Source: a virus (Duplodnaviria > Caudoviricetes). Taken from it: a stretch of 64,000 nucleotides of DNA. The stretch covers positions 1,175-65,174 of IMG/VR virus record IMGVR_UViG_3300049023_000063. One strand, written 5' to 3'. The notes beneath the pieces were generated by a model. It was given only the letters and a program-made list of their open reading frames with translations, ran no database searches and was not told the origin of the DNA. Position 1 is the stretch's first letter, and every line of letters starts with the position of its first letter. This document shows positions 50,588 through 59,763 of this stretch, one piece after another. The position numbers and the translations under genes are program-made.

Positions 50588-51229
50588 TTAGCTCGCGTAT
50601 ACAGTCGGCCTGCCGAACATGGTCAGGGTTGCCTGAGTCACCACCTTGTCTTGCGCGTTACCAGTTGGCAGCAACGTGCAGCCAACGTAGCTGTTGAACA
50701 GGACTTTTTGACCGCCAGCGAAAGTGATCCTGATGCTTCGCTGTGCCTGGTTATCCGATGCAGCCTTCAGTGCAACAAGGGCGGTATCGGATGGGTCCCA
50801 CAAGTTCTCGAAGGTGTAGACGCCTGCAGCAGCGGCCCCTGGAACTTGCTTCTTCACGTTGTCGTGAATGGTGGTCACGTCGATGAAGTCAAAGTCACCG
50901 CCAGATGCCTGCAAACCGCTTGCGGTGGACATAGTCGTGCCGAACGTAATCGCTTCGGCGGTGCCGGAGCTGAACGTGTCGTATGCCGTGGTGTTCTCGC
51001 CTTCGAGTTCGAACGTGTCAGTGGTCTTGTTCGCTACACGGAAGATGCGCGAATCGACTTGGTACATGCCCTGAACGGTCAGCTTCACATAGTCGCCGTT
51101 GTTCAGGCCGTGCGCGGTTGCGGTAACCACGCCTGGGTTTGCCTTGGTGATCGCCGAGATCGTGTCGGCAGCGGCCAGGGCGGATTGAATGGCGACTTGA
51201 ACGCCACTCCATTTAACTACGGTAGTCAT
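50588..51229 (-). CDS. Major tail tube protein
   Basis: Positioned before the chaperones; GGDFDFIDVTTIHD...K.VPG motif; hairpin downstream. Confidence 0.85.
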   Translation of the reverse strand: MTTVVKWSGVQVAIQSALAAADTISAITKANPGVVTATAHGLNNGDYVKLTVQGMYQVDSRIFRVANKTTDTFELEGENTTAYDTFSSGTAEAITFGTTMSTASGLQASGGDFDFIDVTTIHDNVKKQVPGAAAAGVYTFENLWDPSDTALVALKAASDNQAQRSIRITFAGGQKVLFNSYVGCTLLPTGNAQDKVVTQATLTMFGRPTVYAS

Positions 51230-51365
51230 AGTGCTTCCTCATCAATTAAGACGAGGCGGCACATAGTAGGCGGGCACCATGCGGTGATGGCCTACTGCGG
51301 ACTCGTTTCTTTGGTTCGGCTGGTCTTGGTAGCGAGGGCGGTCGCGTGGCTACCTACGGGCCAAA

Positions 51366-51476
51366 TTAGTTTTTGGGCTGATCCTTCTGCTCTTTCAGCC
51401 AGCTTTCCCATGCGTTGACCATTCCTCGTACAAGGCGAATCAACTGCTCGTGGAGTTTCAAGGTGGATGGCTTCAT
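51366..51476 (-). CDS. 36-aa microprotein
   Basis: Manual translation MKPSTLKLHEQLIRLVRGMVNAWESWLKEQKDQPKN; ATG overlaps the upstream stop. Confidence 0.55.
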   Translation of the reverse strand: MKPSTLKLHEQLIRLVRGMVNAWESWLKEQKDQPKN

Positions 51477-51826
51477 ACCCAAACCTTATATGTCAGGACT
51501 GTGATCAAAGCTTCGGTTTCTGGGTCAACCTCTTGGCGGCGACCAACTGGATAACCAACCACGGAAGTCATTGCGGTTTCGACCGCATCAGCAATATCCT
51601 CTGCCTTGGCAAAGCTCTCTGCAATACACCAGATGTCCATCGTGACGCTTGATGCTTGCGGCGTGGCGCTGTGAATTGTCGTCACGTAATCCGTATCCGT
51701 CCTGATGTACACGATGGCTGGCAACTTCTTGCCTTGCGGGAGAATGGCGGCATAAATCTTGTCTGATACATGGGTGGTGACGCCTACCACGTTCAGAGCC
51801 GCAAGGACAATCGATTCAGCGCTCAT
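51473..51826 (-). CDS. Tail terminator (DUF3168-like)
   Basis: IYAAILPQG..LPAIVY motif; position in the neck cluster. Confidence 0.75.
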   Translation of the reverse strand: MSAESIVLAALNVVGVTTHVSDKIYAAILPQGKKLPAIVYIRTDTDYVTTIHSATPQASSVTMDIWCIAESFAKAEDIADAVETAMTSVVGYPVGRRQEVDPETEALITVLTYKVWV

Positions 51827-52382
51827 TCAATTCTTTCTGTGCTTTTGCGATCCGCGCTTCGATACGCTTGTTGAACGCCGCAATCGCCTGATCCTGCTTG
51901 GTCTGGAATGCGCGGCGCAGGTATGCAACAGGTGGAACAAACTTCGCTCCACCAGCCTTCAATCGTGATCGCTGCAGTTCTCGGCTTCGGTTGCCGCCCT
52001 TGAGTTTCCCACCAGGACCGCGTACCAGGTGACCTTCTTCCACGAACCGCCAATAAAACGCGCTGGCGGTTGGCTTCTTGGCTCCCTTGTTACCGGTACG
52101 GCCAGCCACAACGATTGCTTCCATACCTGGACGCGATTTATTTTTAGACCTGGTTGCGTAGATGGATTTCTTCAATGCGCCCGAAACGCGATCCTTGCGT
52201 GCCTTCCGCAACACCGGAGCAAACTCCCGGGCGGCATTCCTGAAAACAATACCAGCGGCCAATGCCCCAGCACGCACAATCTTGCGCTGCATATCCGAAC
52301 CAAGCGCCCGCAGGCGTGCCGAGAATTCCGGCAAACCAACCATCTTAGCTGTAACGGAATCAGGCATCTGCAGGAGGATCAA
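51816..52382 (-). CDS. HK97 gp10-like tail completion protein
   Basis: GL.E....L..L...SGALKKSI...FYWRFVEEG...YLRRAF. Confidence 0.85.
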   Translation of the reverse strand: MILLQMPDSVTAKMVGLPEFSARLRALGSDMQRKIVRAGALAAGIVFRNAAREFAPVLRKARKDRVSGALKKSIYATRSKNKSRPGMEAIVVAGRTGNKGAKKPTASAFYWRFVEEGHLVRGPGGKLKGGNRSRELQRSRLKAGGAKFVPPVAYLRRAFQTKQDQAIAAFNKRIEARIAKAQKELNER

Positions 52383-52752
52383 TCTTGGTCGAGTAGCTCG
52401 AGCACATCATCTCGATGCGGTCTTTCGGGCCACCGATTTCGGCAGGACCGGAGCGAATTTCGAACGTCTGGTCGATGTCGCCGTAGACCGTGATGCGCAT
52501 CGTTGCGTCAATGTCCGTGCGGTAGCGCATACGAATGCGCGTCATACCCTCGCCCAACGCCACGGCGCCATCAACCTTCTCAGCGCGCGATGGAAGTACG
52601 TCTTGAACCTCTGCCCACCAGCGCTCAGGAAGCACCGGGCTACCTGGCAAGGCCACCAACGGCACCCACTCTACCACCTCGCCGCCGCGATTATCCTTCG
52701 AAGTCGATTTGCGCAGCACCGAGATTTGACGGTTGAATCGGCTAGGCTTCAT
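52360..52752 (-). CDS. Head-closure (head-tail adaptor) protein
   Basis: Start moved to MKPSRFNRQI; WWAEV.D...RIRMRYRTDI..TMRI motif. Confidence 0.85.
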   Translation of the reverse strand: MKPSRFNRQISVLRKSTSKDNRGGEVVEWVPLVALPGSPVLPERWWAEVQDVLPSRAEKVDGAVALGEGMTRIRMRYRTDIDATMRITVYGDIDQTFEIRSGPAEIGGPKDRIEMMCSSYSTKIDPPADA

Positions 52753-53407
52753 AGTTGTCCCGATAAAACGCGTAGGCGCCAATACTCTCCCGACCAGCAT
52801 CAACCTCATGGCCGCTGATTTCCAGCACATGGAAGCGGCGCAATGCCATCCAGCGCAGGAATCCTTGCTCGGTGAAGTAATACAGGTGTTCGCCTGGGCG
52901 ATAATGCTTTGATTCGCGGATGCGAAGCAGATCCTCAAAGATCGGGATGGCCACCAGCACCACGCAACCAGGCTGGATCTGCTCCAGCACTTCGCCTGGG
53001 TTGTCGATATGCTCCAGCGAATCCCAGAAAGTGGCGACATCGAACTTTGCCGGATCGGTGGCAAAAGCCTTGATACTCCGGAGGTATTCGACCGTCTTCG
53101 GGATTACATCAAAGCCGCGCGATTCGAAACCCCAGGCTGCTGCGGCCCTAACGAATGTCCCGCAGCCAGCTCCGATATCCAGAACCGTTGCGCCCTCAGC
53201 GGCATGACGCGCCAGCATCGCGCACCGGCCACGATTCAGCGCTTTTTCGACTTCGGTTCCCTCGTAGGAGGCATACTTATCGAAGTAGTTGTCGTCATAT
53301 GGGACCCTGCCGGCACCCATGTCCGTCTGATAGGCAACCCCCGCACCAAGGCACAGCGATAGGTCGCCATCTTCGACCTTCTCGAAGGCGGCAATATATT
53401 TGTCCAT
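52742..53407 (-). CDS. Class I SAM-dependent methyltransferase
   Basis: Start MDKYIAAF; VLDIGAGCG, FWDSLEHIDNP, HLYYF motifs as in glycan-cluster methyltransferases. Confidence 0.85.
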   Translation of the reverse strand: MDKYIAAFEKVEDGDLSLCLGAGVAYQTDMGAGRVPYDDNYFDKYASYEGTEVEKALNRGRCAMLARHAAEGATVLDIGAGCGTFVRAAAAWGFESRGFDVIPKTVEYLRSIKAFATDPAKFDVATFWDSLEHIDNPGEVLEQIQPGCVVLVAIPIFEDLLRIRESKHYRPGEHLYYFTEQGFLRWMALRRFHVLEISGHEVDAGRESIGAYAFYRDNYEA

Positions 53408-53408
53408 G

Positions 53409-54002
53409 TTAGGCCTTCGTGCGGTCCCAAATGGCCAGCCCGAAGCCGCCATGTTCAACCTGATCACCAGGCAGTGAGTGAACCAGGTTCCATACCGGCT
53501 CTTGGTGCGGCCACACTTCATGGAACAGCACGCGCCCGCAGTGCTTCACCAAATCGAAATCCGTGTAGGTGTCGTTCGCGTGATCACCGTCGATGTAGGC
53601 GAAGTCGAACTTCGTCGCGGCGGCGACCTTCGCCTTTTCGGCGTTATCCGCAATGTCAATGCATTCGATGTTGGTGATTCCAAGCGCTTTGATGATATCG
53701 CGCTTGATGCTGTTGTGGGCGATATCGACTGTCACCACCTTTTTAAAGAAGCGAGACAAGACAATCGAGGTCAACGCATTCCAGGTTCCAACCTCGAAGC
53801 AGGTGTCGCCACTCACACCTGCAGAAACCAGGAAGCGTCCAAGGCCATGGAACACGCTCGACCGGCGAAACACCCCGCCACCGAACTGCTGGTAGACCTT
53901 CAGCAGATCCGGGTCAGTCATGACGATATCCAGGCGATCACCGACCTGTTTTTCCATCTGCATGGACCAGAACATCGGCTTATAAGCTGGATCAACTTTC
54001 AT
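53409..54002 (-). CDS. Class I SAM-dependent methyltransferase (Methyltransf_24-like)
   Basis: FEVGTWNA.TS...FDFAYIDGDH...VLFHE. Confidence 0.8.
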   Translation of the reverse strand: MKVDPAYKPMFWSMQMEKQVGDRLDIVMTDPDLLKVYQQFGGGVFRRSSVFHGLGRFLVSAGVSGDTCFEVGTWNALTSIVLSRFFKKVVTVDIAHNSIKRDIIKALGITNIECIDIADNAEKAKVAAATKFDFAYIDGDHANDTYTDFDLVKHCGRVLFHEVWPHQEPVWNLVHSLPGDQVEHGGFGLAIWDRTKA

Positions 54003-54672
54003 CGGTCGCTTCCATCATCTGCTGCAGTCGTTTATCGAATGTAATGCTTTTTCCGGCGTGGTTCGCTCGGAGCCATGCAGCCTCAAGATCGGGCCGATGG
54101 CAAATTGGATCTTGCGGGTTGCCCGCCTTCCAGGCCTCGTCCACGTTATGGATGCCAGAGGTGAAGAAGTCGAAGCCGGTCAGAAAAACGCTTGCCGGCT
54201 CGCAGGCCAGCACATCGAGAATCGCGGAAAAACCAGTCGTCGGAATATGCTTCCCAAGCAACTCAAAGGACCGAACGAAGTGTTCATCGGTCGGCACAAA
54301 CGTATCGCAAAACCAGAATGAAGCGCGGTTCTTGTAGATGTATTGGAAGTCAATTCCAACTTGTTTTCCGTTCCGCTCGTGCCACTCAGATTTAATCGGC
54401 TTGGAGTTCGGGCATTTGCACATGCAAAGCTTCACGCCGTCGTGAATCAGATCCTCTTTTGTCTTGCGGATCGAGGTGCCGTAAAAAGAATAGTGGATGT
54501 CGGTCCTGAAGCCCTGCGCCGGCCCGGTCTTGTAGTTATTGACGCGTACCACGATGTTGTAACCATCCACCAGCCCAGGAGCGTTATCCAGACTACCTGG
54601 ACCGCTTCCTACGATGGCAATGTGCTGACCTTTCAGCTTTGCCGCAACTTCCTCAAATGTGACGAAACGCAT
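53992..54672 (-). CDS. GT29 sialyltransferase-like glycosyltransferase
   Basis: Sialylmotif-L-like IAIVGSGPG...VDGYNIVVRVNNY...GFRTD and motif-S-like PTTGFSAI...LTGFDFF. Confidence 0.75.
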   Translation of the reverse strand: MRFVTFEEVAAKLKGQHIAIVGSGPGSLDNAPGLVDGYNIVVRVNNYKTGPAQGFRTDIHYSFYGTSIRKTKEDLIHDGVKLCMCKCPNSKPIKSEWHERNGKQVGIDFQYIYKNRASFWFCDTFVPTDEHFVRSFELLGKHIPTTGFSAILDVLACEPASVFLTGFDFFTSGIHNVDEAWKAGNPQDPICHRPDLEAAWLRANHAGKSITFDKRLQQMMEATDES

Positions 54673-55426
54673 TCACAGCCTCGGTGATCTGTTCTTTACT
54701 CCAATCGTCCATCACGAAAGTGGAGGTCGATTTGCTCAACACCTTTTGTGGCGTGATCGTCTTGATGTACGCCTGGTTTGACACGTGGACACGGTGACTC
54801 CACACGGCCAGCATCGGCTTATCGAAGCACTCTGCCAAAGGAATTGCGAAGCTACATTGGGCGATAACCGCATCGCACGAGTAAGCCATATCGAGCAGAT
54901 CGGAAACGCTTGTGCTTCCGGTCATATCTAGTTCGACTGGAATGCCGTACTTCACACCATCCTTGGACCCGATTCCGACAACGAAGCAATCACGCAGCTC
55001 AGCCAAGCATCGCTCGAACGCGGCGCGCTCTGGAAGCAAGTCGTTGGCAAAACCATCCGACCGACCCATCGGCGCGCGCCCACCATGAGCCAAGATAATC
55101 GGACGCCCTGCAGCCAAGCTGCGCAACCGGTCAACCAACCTCAGATTTCTAATCGACCAGGTGAAGCGCATTTCAGCCTGGACCTTCGCGCTCTCGCAAA
55201 TGTCCTGCCATTGTGTCGTACCGGCTTTGGATTTGCCGTTCACATAATGAGCAACCACCTGGACATTATCTCGGCAGAATGGCTTGACCTCCGCACCAGA
55301 TCCAATGAACACATCTGGGTAGTTCGATAACACGGTGATCTGCTCACCGCGCCTGATTAACTCGTCACAAATCGGGCGCACATATAGGCTGTCGCCAAGC
55401 CCGGACCCGCCGCGCAGCCTTTTCAC
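54653..55426 (-). CDS. GT9 (ADP-heptose transferase)-like glycosyltransferase
   Basis: GLGDSL N-terminal motif; DMTGSTSVSDLLDM....DAVIAQCSF..PLA..FDKP.LAVW C-terminal motif. Confidence 0.7.
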   Translation of the reverse strand: MKRLRGGSGLGDSLYVRPICDELIRRGEQITVLSNYPDVFIGSGAEVKPFCRDNVQVVAHYVNGKSKAGTTQWQDICESAKVQAEMRFTWSIRNLRLVDRLRSLAAGRPIILAHGGRAPMGRSDGFANDLLPERAAFERCLAELRDCFVVGIGSKDGVKYGIPVELDMTGSTSVSDLLDMAYSCDAVIAQCSFAIPLAECFDKPMLAVWSHRVHVSNQAYIKTITPQKVLSKSTSTFVMDDWSKEQITEAVNAFRHI

Positions 55427-56127
55427 AGAACATCCTCAATCGCAACTTTTGGAAACGAATCAATTGCAGTGCCAGGGCTTGCATTCAGCACTTCTACACC
55501 AGCCTCCACCAGCGCATTTTCAGCAGCCGACATGGCCTGTTTGAAGTATGAATAGACCGAATTTGGCATCGCTTCTGGGTGCTCGCCAAACCAGTGCGAC
55601 TTACCATCTTGCGATGGTTTTCCATCAAACCCAAGCAGGATGATTCGCTTCGCACCAGCAAGCACCGCGAGATTCAATGCCTGGAAACCTGAGTTGCGGC
55701 CAGTTACCACCGCGCGCGGATCGCTAGACAAGCCATTGCCATGCGCCGTGCCGTGCGCATTACGCAGAACGTGCACCGATTCATCATCAACAACACCAGC
55801 GCCATTCTCAATACTGCACTTCTGGCCCTTGAATTCAGCCCAGCGCTGTTTCACTTCCTCGGCTCCGAAGCCGACCTTCCCGACTCCTTGCTGTTGCCAC
55901 AGATGCCAACGGATGTCTGCCGCATAATGGGTATCCGCCCATGGCGCCAATAGGTAAGCATCGTTGACCGCTATGCACTTTACCGCCTTAGCAGCGTGCG
56001 CCTCACGCACTTTCTCCACCTGATCATGGGTGAGACTTGGACCACCCGCAATAATCACGGCGGTTTCGCCCGACCAGGCCGGCACTACTTCGCTAAACCG
56101 GTCACCTTCAATTCGCTTCAAAATCAT
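55423..56127 (-). CDS. Maf/MptE/CstII-like putative glycosyltransferase
   Basis: IIAGGPSL...IAVND...NSGFQALNLA..AGAKRIILLGFD...HWF motif. Confidence 0.65.
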   Translation of the reverse strand: MILKRIEGDRFSEVVPAWSGETAVIIAGGPSLTHDQVEKVREAHAAKAVKCIAVNDAYLLAPWADTHYAADIRWHLWQQQGVGKVGFGAEEVKQRWAEFKGQKCSIENGAGVVDDESVHVLRNAHGTAHGNGLSSDPRAVVTGRNSGFQALNLAVLAGAKRIILLGFDGKPSQDGKSHWFGEHPEAMPNSVYSYFKQAMSAAENALVEAGVEVLNASPGTAIDSFPKVAIEDVL

Positions 56128-56750
56128 GCGAGTGACAACTCCACGCGCTCACTACGGATCAGGTTTTCAGCGGCCCGCATCAGTCCATCGAATTCCTCGA
56201 CATTCGGGTTGTAGTTAGCCTGCACCCAAAGCTTAATCGCCTGAACGAATCGCTTAGGCGGGATATCGTCTGGATAACCTGCCTTGAAGGTAATCTCCAG
56301 CGTGCTTTGCGACCACTTTGCGCCATTAAGCGCAACAACCTTCGGCCATTTCGAGCTGGCCAGACGGAGCGAATACGAATCCGCATCAATCTCCGTCGAA
56401 ACGCCAGCAGTATCAATCGAGTTGATCGACACGATAGAAAGGACTGGCGACCTGCGCAGCAGAATTTCGCTTTCGTTGGTCGTCATCCACTGCCCGGTAA
56501 TAGCGGTGGTGTTGGTCGAAACCGAATCCGCCGGCAGTGCTGAATCACGTTCGACGGTCAGCCTCCAGGTCTGTTCGATTAGGGCACGACCGGTAAAGCT
56601 CTCGGCCCATTCCCGGCCAGCCGTGATCAGCGCGGAGATTGTGGAATCCATAGCGGTCATCGATTCATACTCGCGCAGATGGGTTTTCATCTGGGCTAAA
56701 GTGACTGGCTCAAATTCCGGTTCGGCGGTGCGCTCCAGTGAAAATCTCAT
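56124..56750 (-). CDS. Head-tail connector (gp6-like)
   Basis: EPVTLAQMKTHLR...LITAGREWAE.FTGRALIEQTW. Confidence 0.88.
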   Translation of the reverse strand: MRFSLERTAEPEFEPVTLAQMKTHLREYESMTAMDSTISALITAGREWAESFTGRALIEQTWRLTVERDSALPADSVSTNTTAITGQWMTTNESEILLRRSPVLSIVSINSIDTAGVSTEIDADSYSLRLASSKWPKVVALNGAKWSQSTLEITFKAGYPDDIPPKRFVQAIKLWVQANYNPNVEEFDGLMRAAENLIRSERVELSLA

Positions 56751-58111
56751 GCCAGCCTCACTGGTTCAACGGAACGTGGCTTGTCATCGCCAGCGTCCTT
56801 GCCATCCCGACCGCGCTTGGCGGCCAAACGCCAGTCTTCCGACGATCCAGGCTTGCCAGCCGGCCCGTCCTTCTGCGCCAGGAACCAAGAGCCGCCAAAG
56901 GTCACTCCATCACCCTTCAGGTATTCATCGCCTTCGCGGAAAATACCCTTGTCCTCGACGCCTGGGACCGTAAATTCTTTGCTGGACTCGCCTCCACTGG
57001 AAAGGCGAACGACCACCGCGCATTTCCGTGGGGCCGGTTCAGTGATCTCAATCGAGGCAATTCCATCAACGATGCATTCCCAACCGCGCATACCGACCGT
57101 CGTTTCAAACGACCTCCAGAAGCCACCAGCATGCTTCGCATATGTGTTGCGTGGATAGGACTTTTCCAAGTCGATGGACGGCAGGATTTCAAGATGTGCC
57201 GCATCGCGGCCCGGGGTTCCATCCTTCGGGAGTTGGATACCCGCCATGGCCTTTGCCACGGCTTCATCGATCATGCTGCGAACTTGCTCGACCGGAACTG
57301 ATTCGCCATCTTTGGCTGGCGGAATTTCGTCAACGGCAGCTTGGACGAGAGCCTTTACGACTTCAGGGTCCGCATCCTTGCCGTCCTTTGGCTGTGGAAG
57401 CTCGCCAATTGCCTTCGCCACTTCTGTGCGCACCAGATCCGCAACTATGACTGGATCTGCATCCGCGCCATCTTTCGGTGCCGGGATTGCTTTTACGGCA
57501 CTCTCAACCAAAGGCGCGATCTCCTCCAAGGTTGGCGCTTTAGGCAAGGACTGCGCCGCCTCTTGGACCAGTGCCTTGATTAACTCAGGATCGGCATCAG
57601 CACCATCCTTTGGTGCCGGAATATCCGCAACCGCAGCCTTCACCAGGTCGGCAAGCATCGGCGCAACCTCTTCGACCGTGATCGACTTCCCATCCTGAGG
57701 CGCAGGAATGGCGGCCACCGCCTCCTGCACCATCTTCGCGATGACTTCCGGGTCAGCGTCCTTCCCATCTGCGGGTTTAGGAAGCGCATCGACTGCGGCC
57801 TTTGCTGCCCGAATCACCGATTCGGGGTCAGCATCCTTCCCATCTACAGGGCGAGGAATCGCGGCCACCTCAGCAGCAACCATCAGCTTAACCTGCTCGA
57901 TATCGACGCTCTTACCATCCGCGCCATCCTTCGGGGCGGGGACAAGTTCAGCAGCAGCCTTGGCAATTTCAGCCAGCTCCGGCAGCTTGATACCGGCCAT
58001 CTTCTGCTCGATGGCATCTAGGCGTACAACAGTGCCAACCACGGCTTTATCGACATAGCCTTTGATTGCGTTGATGACCTTCGCGGCCAATTCGTCAAGA
58101 TTCACAGTCAT
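56747..58111 (-). CDS. Repeat-rich protein with P.P.DG.D.DP + helix units (454 aa)
   Basis: About 9 units of 20-30 aa; C-terminal GVFREG..Y..GDGVT.GGSW motif; coupled to portal and connector. Confidence 0.7.
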   Translation of the reverse strand: MTVNLDELAAKVINAIKGYVDKAVVGTVVRLDAIEQKMAGIKLPELAEIAKAAAELVPAPKDGADGKSVDIEQVKLMVAAEVAAIPRPVDGKDADPESVIRAAKAAVDALPKPADGKDADPEVIAKMVQEAVAAIPAPQDGKSITVEEVAPMLADLVKAAVADIPAPKDGADADPELIKALVQEAAQSLPKAPTLEEIAPLVESAVKAIPAPKDGADADPVIVADLVRTEVAKAIGELPQPKDGKDADPEVVKALVQAAVDEIPPAKDGESVPVEQVRSMIDEAVAKAMAGIQLPKDGTPGRDAAHLEILPSIDLEKSYPRNTYAKHAGGFWRSFETTVGMRGWECIVDGIASIEITEPAPRKCAVVVRLSSGGESSKEFTVPGVEDKGIFREGDEYLKGDGVTFGGSWFLAQKDGPAGKPGSSEDWRLAAKRGRDGKDAGDDKPRSVEPVRLA

Positions 58112-59469
58112 GCGAATGCCTCAAGTATCGTGGTCATCATTTTGGCGGCCTGTTCTGCCGAATCATCTTCTTCGGCAGGTTCCGTTTCCTGAGTTGCCGA
58201 TGGTGCGGCTGGTGCTGCCGGCGCGGTTTTTCCGAACGGATCGTCTTGTGCATCCCGTTTGGCCAATGCCGCAAGGCTGTAGTTCTGCTGCTGGAGGTAT
58301 GGTGTTTCGCCGCCGGCGGTTGCGCCAAGATTGATTTTCCGGCGCGCTTCGTTTGGCGCCATGATGCCGCCGCCAACAGCTTTGCTTAGAACCTCGATCT
58401 GCGCCACCGAATCCATGCGGATCAGGCCTTCGGTATCGAACTCGGTGCAGTAGTTCGATGGCAGGGATAGGCCTTCATCCAAGCAAACCTCAAGCTGCTC
58501 TATGTATTTCTGCAGACATTGGGTGTAGTAGCGCAGGGTTTCCGCCTCAACCGTGCTGCCTGCTGGCGTCTGCCCGCCAACCATGAATTGCGGCACCAAC
58601 AATGCGCGCGCAATGTCTTTCACGGTCCAGTCCAACTGCTCGATCAACTGCGACTGCTCGGCGGGAATCGTGAAGGCCTTATACTCCAGGCCGCTACCAC
58701 CAACAGCCAAGCGGCCAAGGTTACCGCCCGAGTAGTTTTGCTCCCACTGCACCTTCAGGCGGTTCGCGGTTTCATCATCAATCGAATTCGGGGATGTCAG
58801 CATGCCGCTCGGGCGGCTCATATTCTCGAAGAATTTGGCGCTATTGTTTTGGATCTTGCGGCCCTGGGTTGCCGACATCGCTGCGGCGTACAGCGGAGCC
58901 ACGCCGACCAATGGATGCCACAGGCAATTGATCCGGTCGTGGATGATCTCCGATGCCGGCAGGGTAACTCCCTGCTCCAAGCCAGAAAGGTAATCCGCCG
59001 CGACTTGGTAGTAGACATCGCCATTTGGCGCGACCAGCGGCGTAACTCGCTCGGAATCAAGTACGTGCATCTGGACCACGATGCCGCGATTGTCCCGCTG
59101 CTTCAGGACGTATGTATTGCCGTAAAGCAGTTTCATCAGCATCCAGAACTCATAGAACTGGATGCGGGTTTGGTAGTTGTTCGGTTTCCGCAGGACTGGC
59201 AGAAATGGTGAGTTTGTAGAAACTTCCCTCCAGATGCCGGCGTCCATCTCAGTCAACTTCACGCGTAGCTTTCCGACATCCCCTGCGATCAGGGTGATAG
59301 GTGCATAGATACCTGAATACGACAGCAGGTCACGTGGCGCGTCAACCTCCACATGAGACTGGAAAGCGCCAGCGAAAGACTCGCTGATGATGCCGAACCA
59401 GCCGGAGCTGGAGCGCACCGGGGTTGGCACCGACTTTTTCAGTGCGATATCGTATCCAAAAATGCGCAC
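58108..59469 (-). CDS. HK97-family portal protein
   Basis: LRKPNNYQTR..F...LL.GNTY; LVGVAPL.AA; MAPNEARR. Confidence 0.95.
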   Translation of the reverse strand: MRIFGYDIALKKSVPTPVRSSSGWFGIISESFAGAFQSHVEVDAPRDLLSYSGIYAPITLIAGDVGKLRVKLTEMDAGIWREVSTNSPFLPVLRKPNNYQTRIQFYEFWMLMKLLYGNTYVLKQRDNRGIVVQMHVLDSERVTPLVAPNGDVYYQVAADYLSGLEQGVTLPASEIIHDRINCLWHPLVGVAPLYAAAMSATQGRKIQNNSAKFFENMSRPSGMLTSPNSIDDETANRLKVQWEQNYSGGNLGRLAVGGSGLEYKAFTIPAEQSQLIEQLDWTVKDIARALLVPQFMVGGQTPAGSTVEAETLRYYTQCLQKYIEQLEVCLDEGLSLPSNYCTEFDTEGLIRMDSVAQIEVLSKAVGGGIMAPNEARRKINLGATAGGETPYLQQQNYSLAALAKRDAQDDPFGKTAPAAPAAPSATQETEPAEEDDSAEQAAKMMTTILEAFA

Positions 59470-59470
59470 G

Positions 59471-59713
59471 TTAGCCTACCTTGCGAAAGTTGGCACGGCG
59501 TGGGCGGGCCGTCATGGCTGGAGGATTGATTGGCTGTGGATTGTCGATCATTGCACGGGTCATGTAGCCTGGAATTGGGTCAGTTTCGACGCGGGCAATC
59601 CAACCCATTGCGACGAACAGCGGCTCATGTTCTGGCTCAACCTCTACCTCATCGCCAATCACAACCTTGCGGCCTGCATATTCGAATTCTGCGGTGCTGA
59701 TGCGTAATGTCAT
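59471..59713 (-). CDS. Small head-associated hypothetical protein (80 aa)
   Basis: Lies between capsid and portal genes with 1-nt spacing to the portal. Confidence 0.55.
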   Translation of the reverse strand: MTLRISTAEFEYAGRKVVIGDEVEVEPEHEPLFVAMGWIARVETDPIPGYMTRAMIDNPQPINPPAMTARPRRANFRKVG

Positions 59714-59763
59714 GTCATTCTCCGAAAGAAAGACCCGCCGAGGCGGGCCTTTCGTTACATCGC

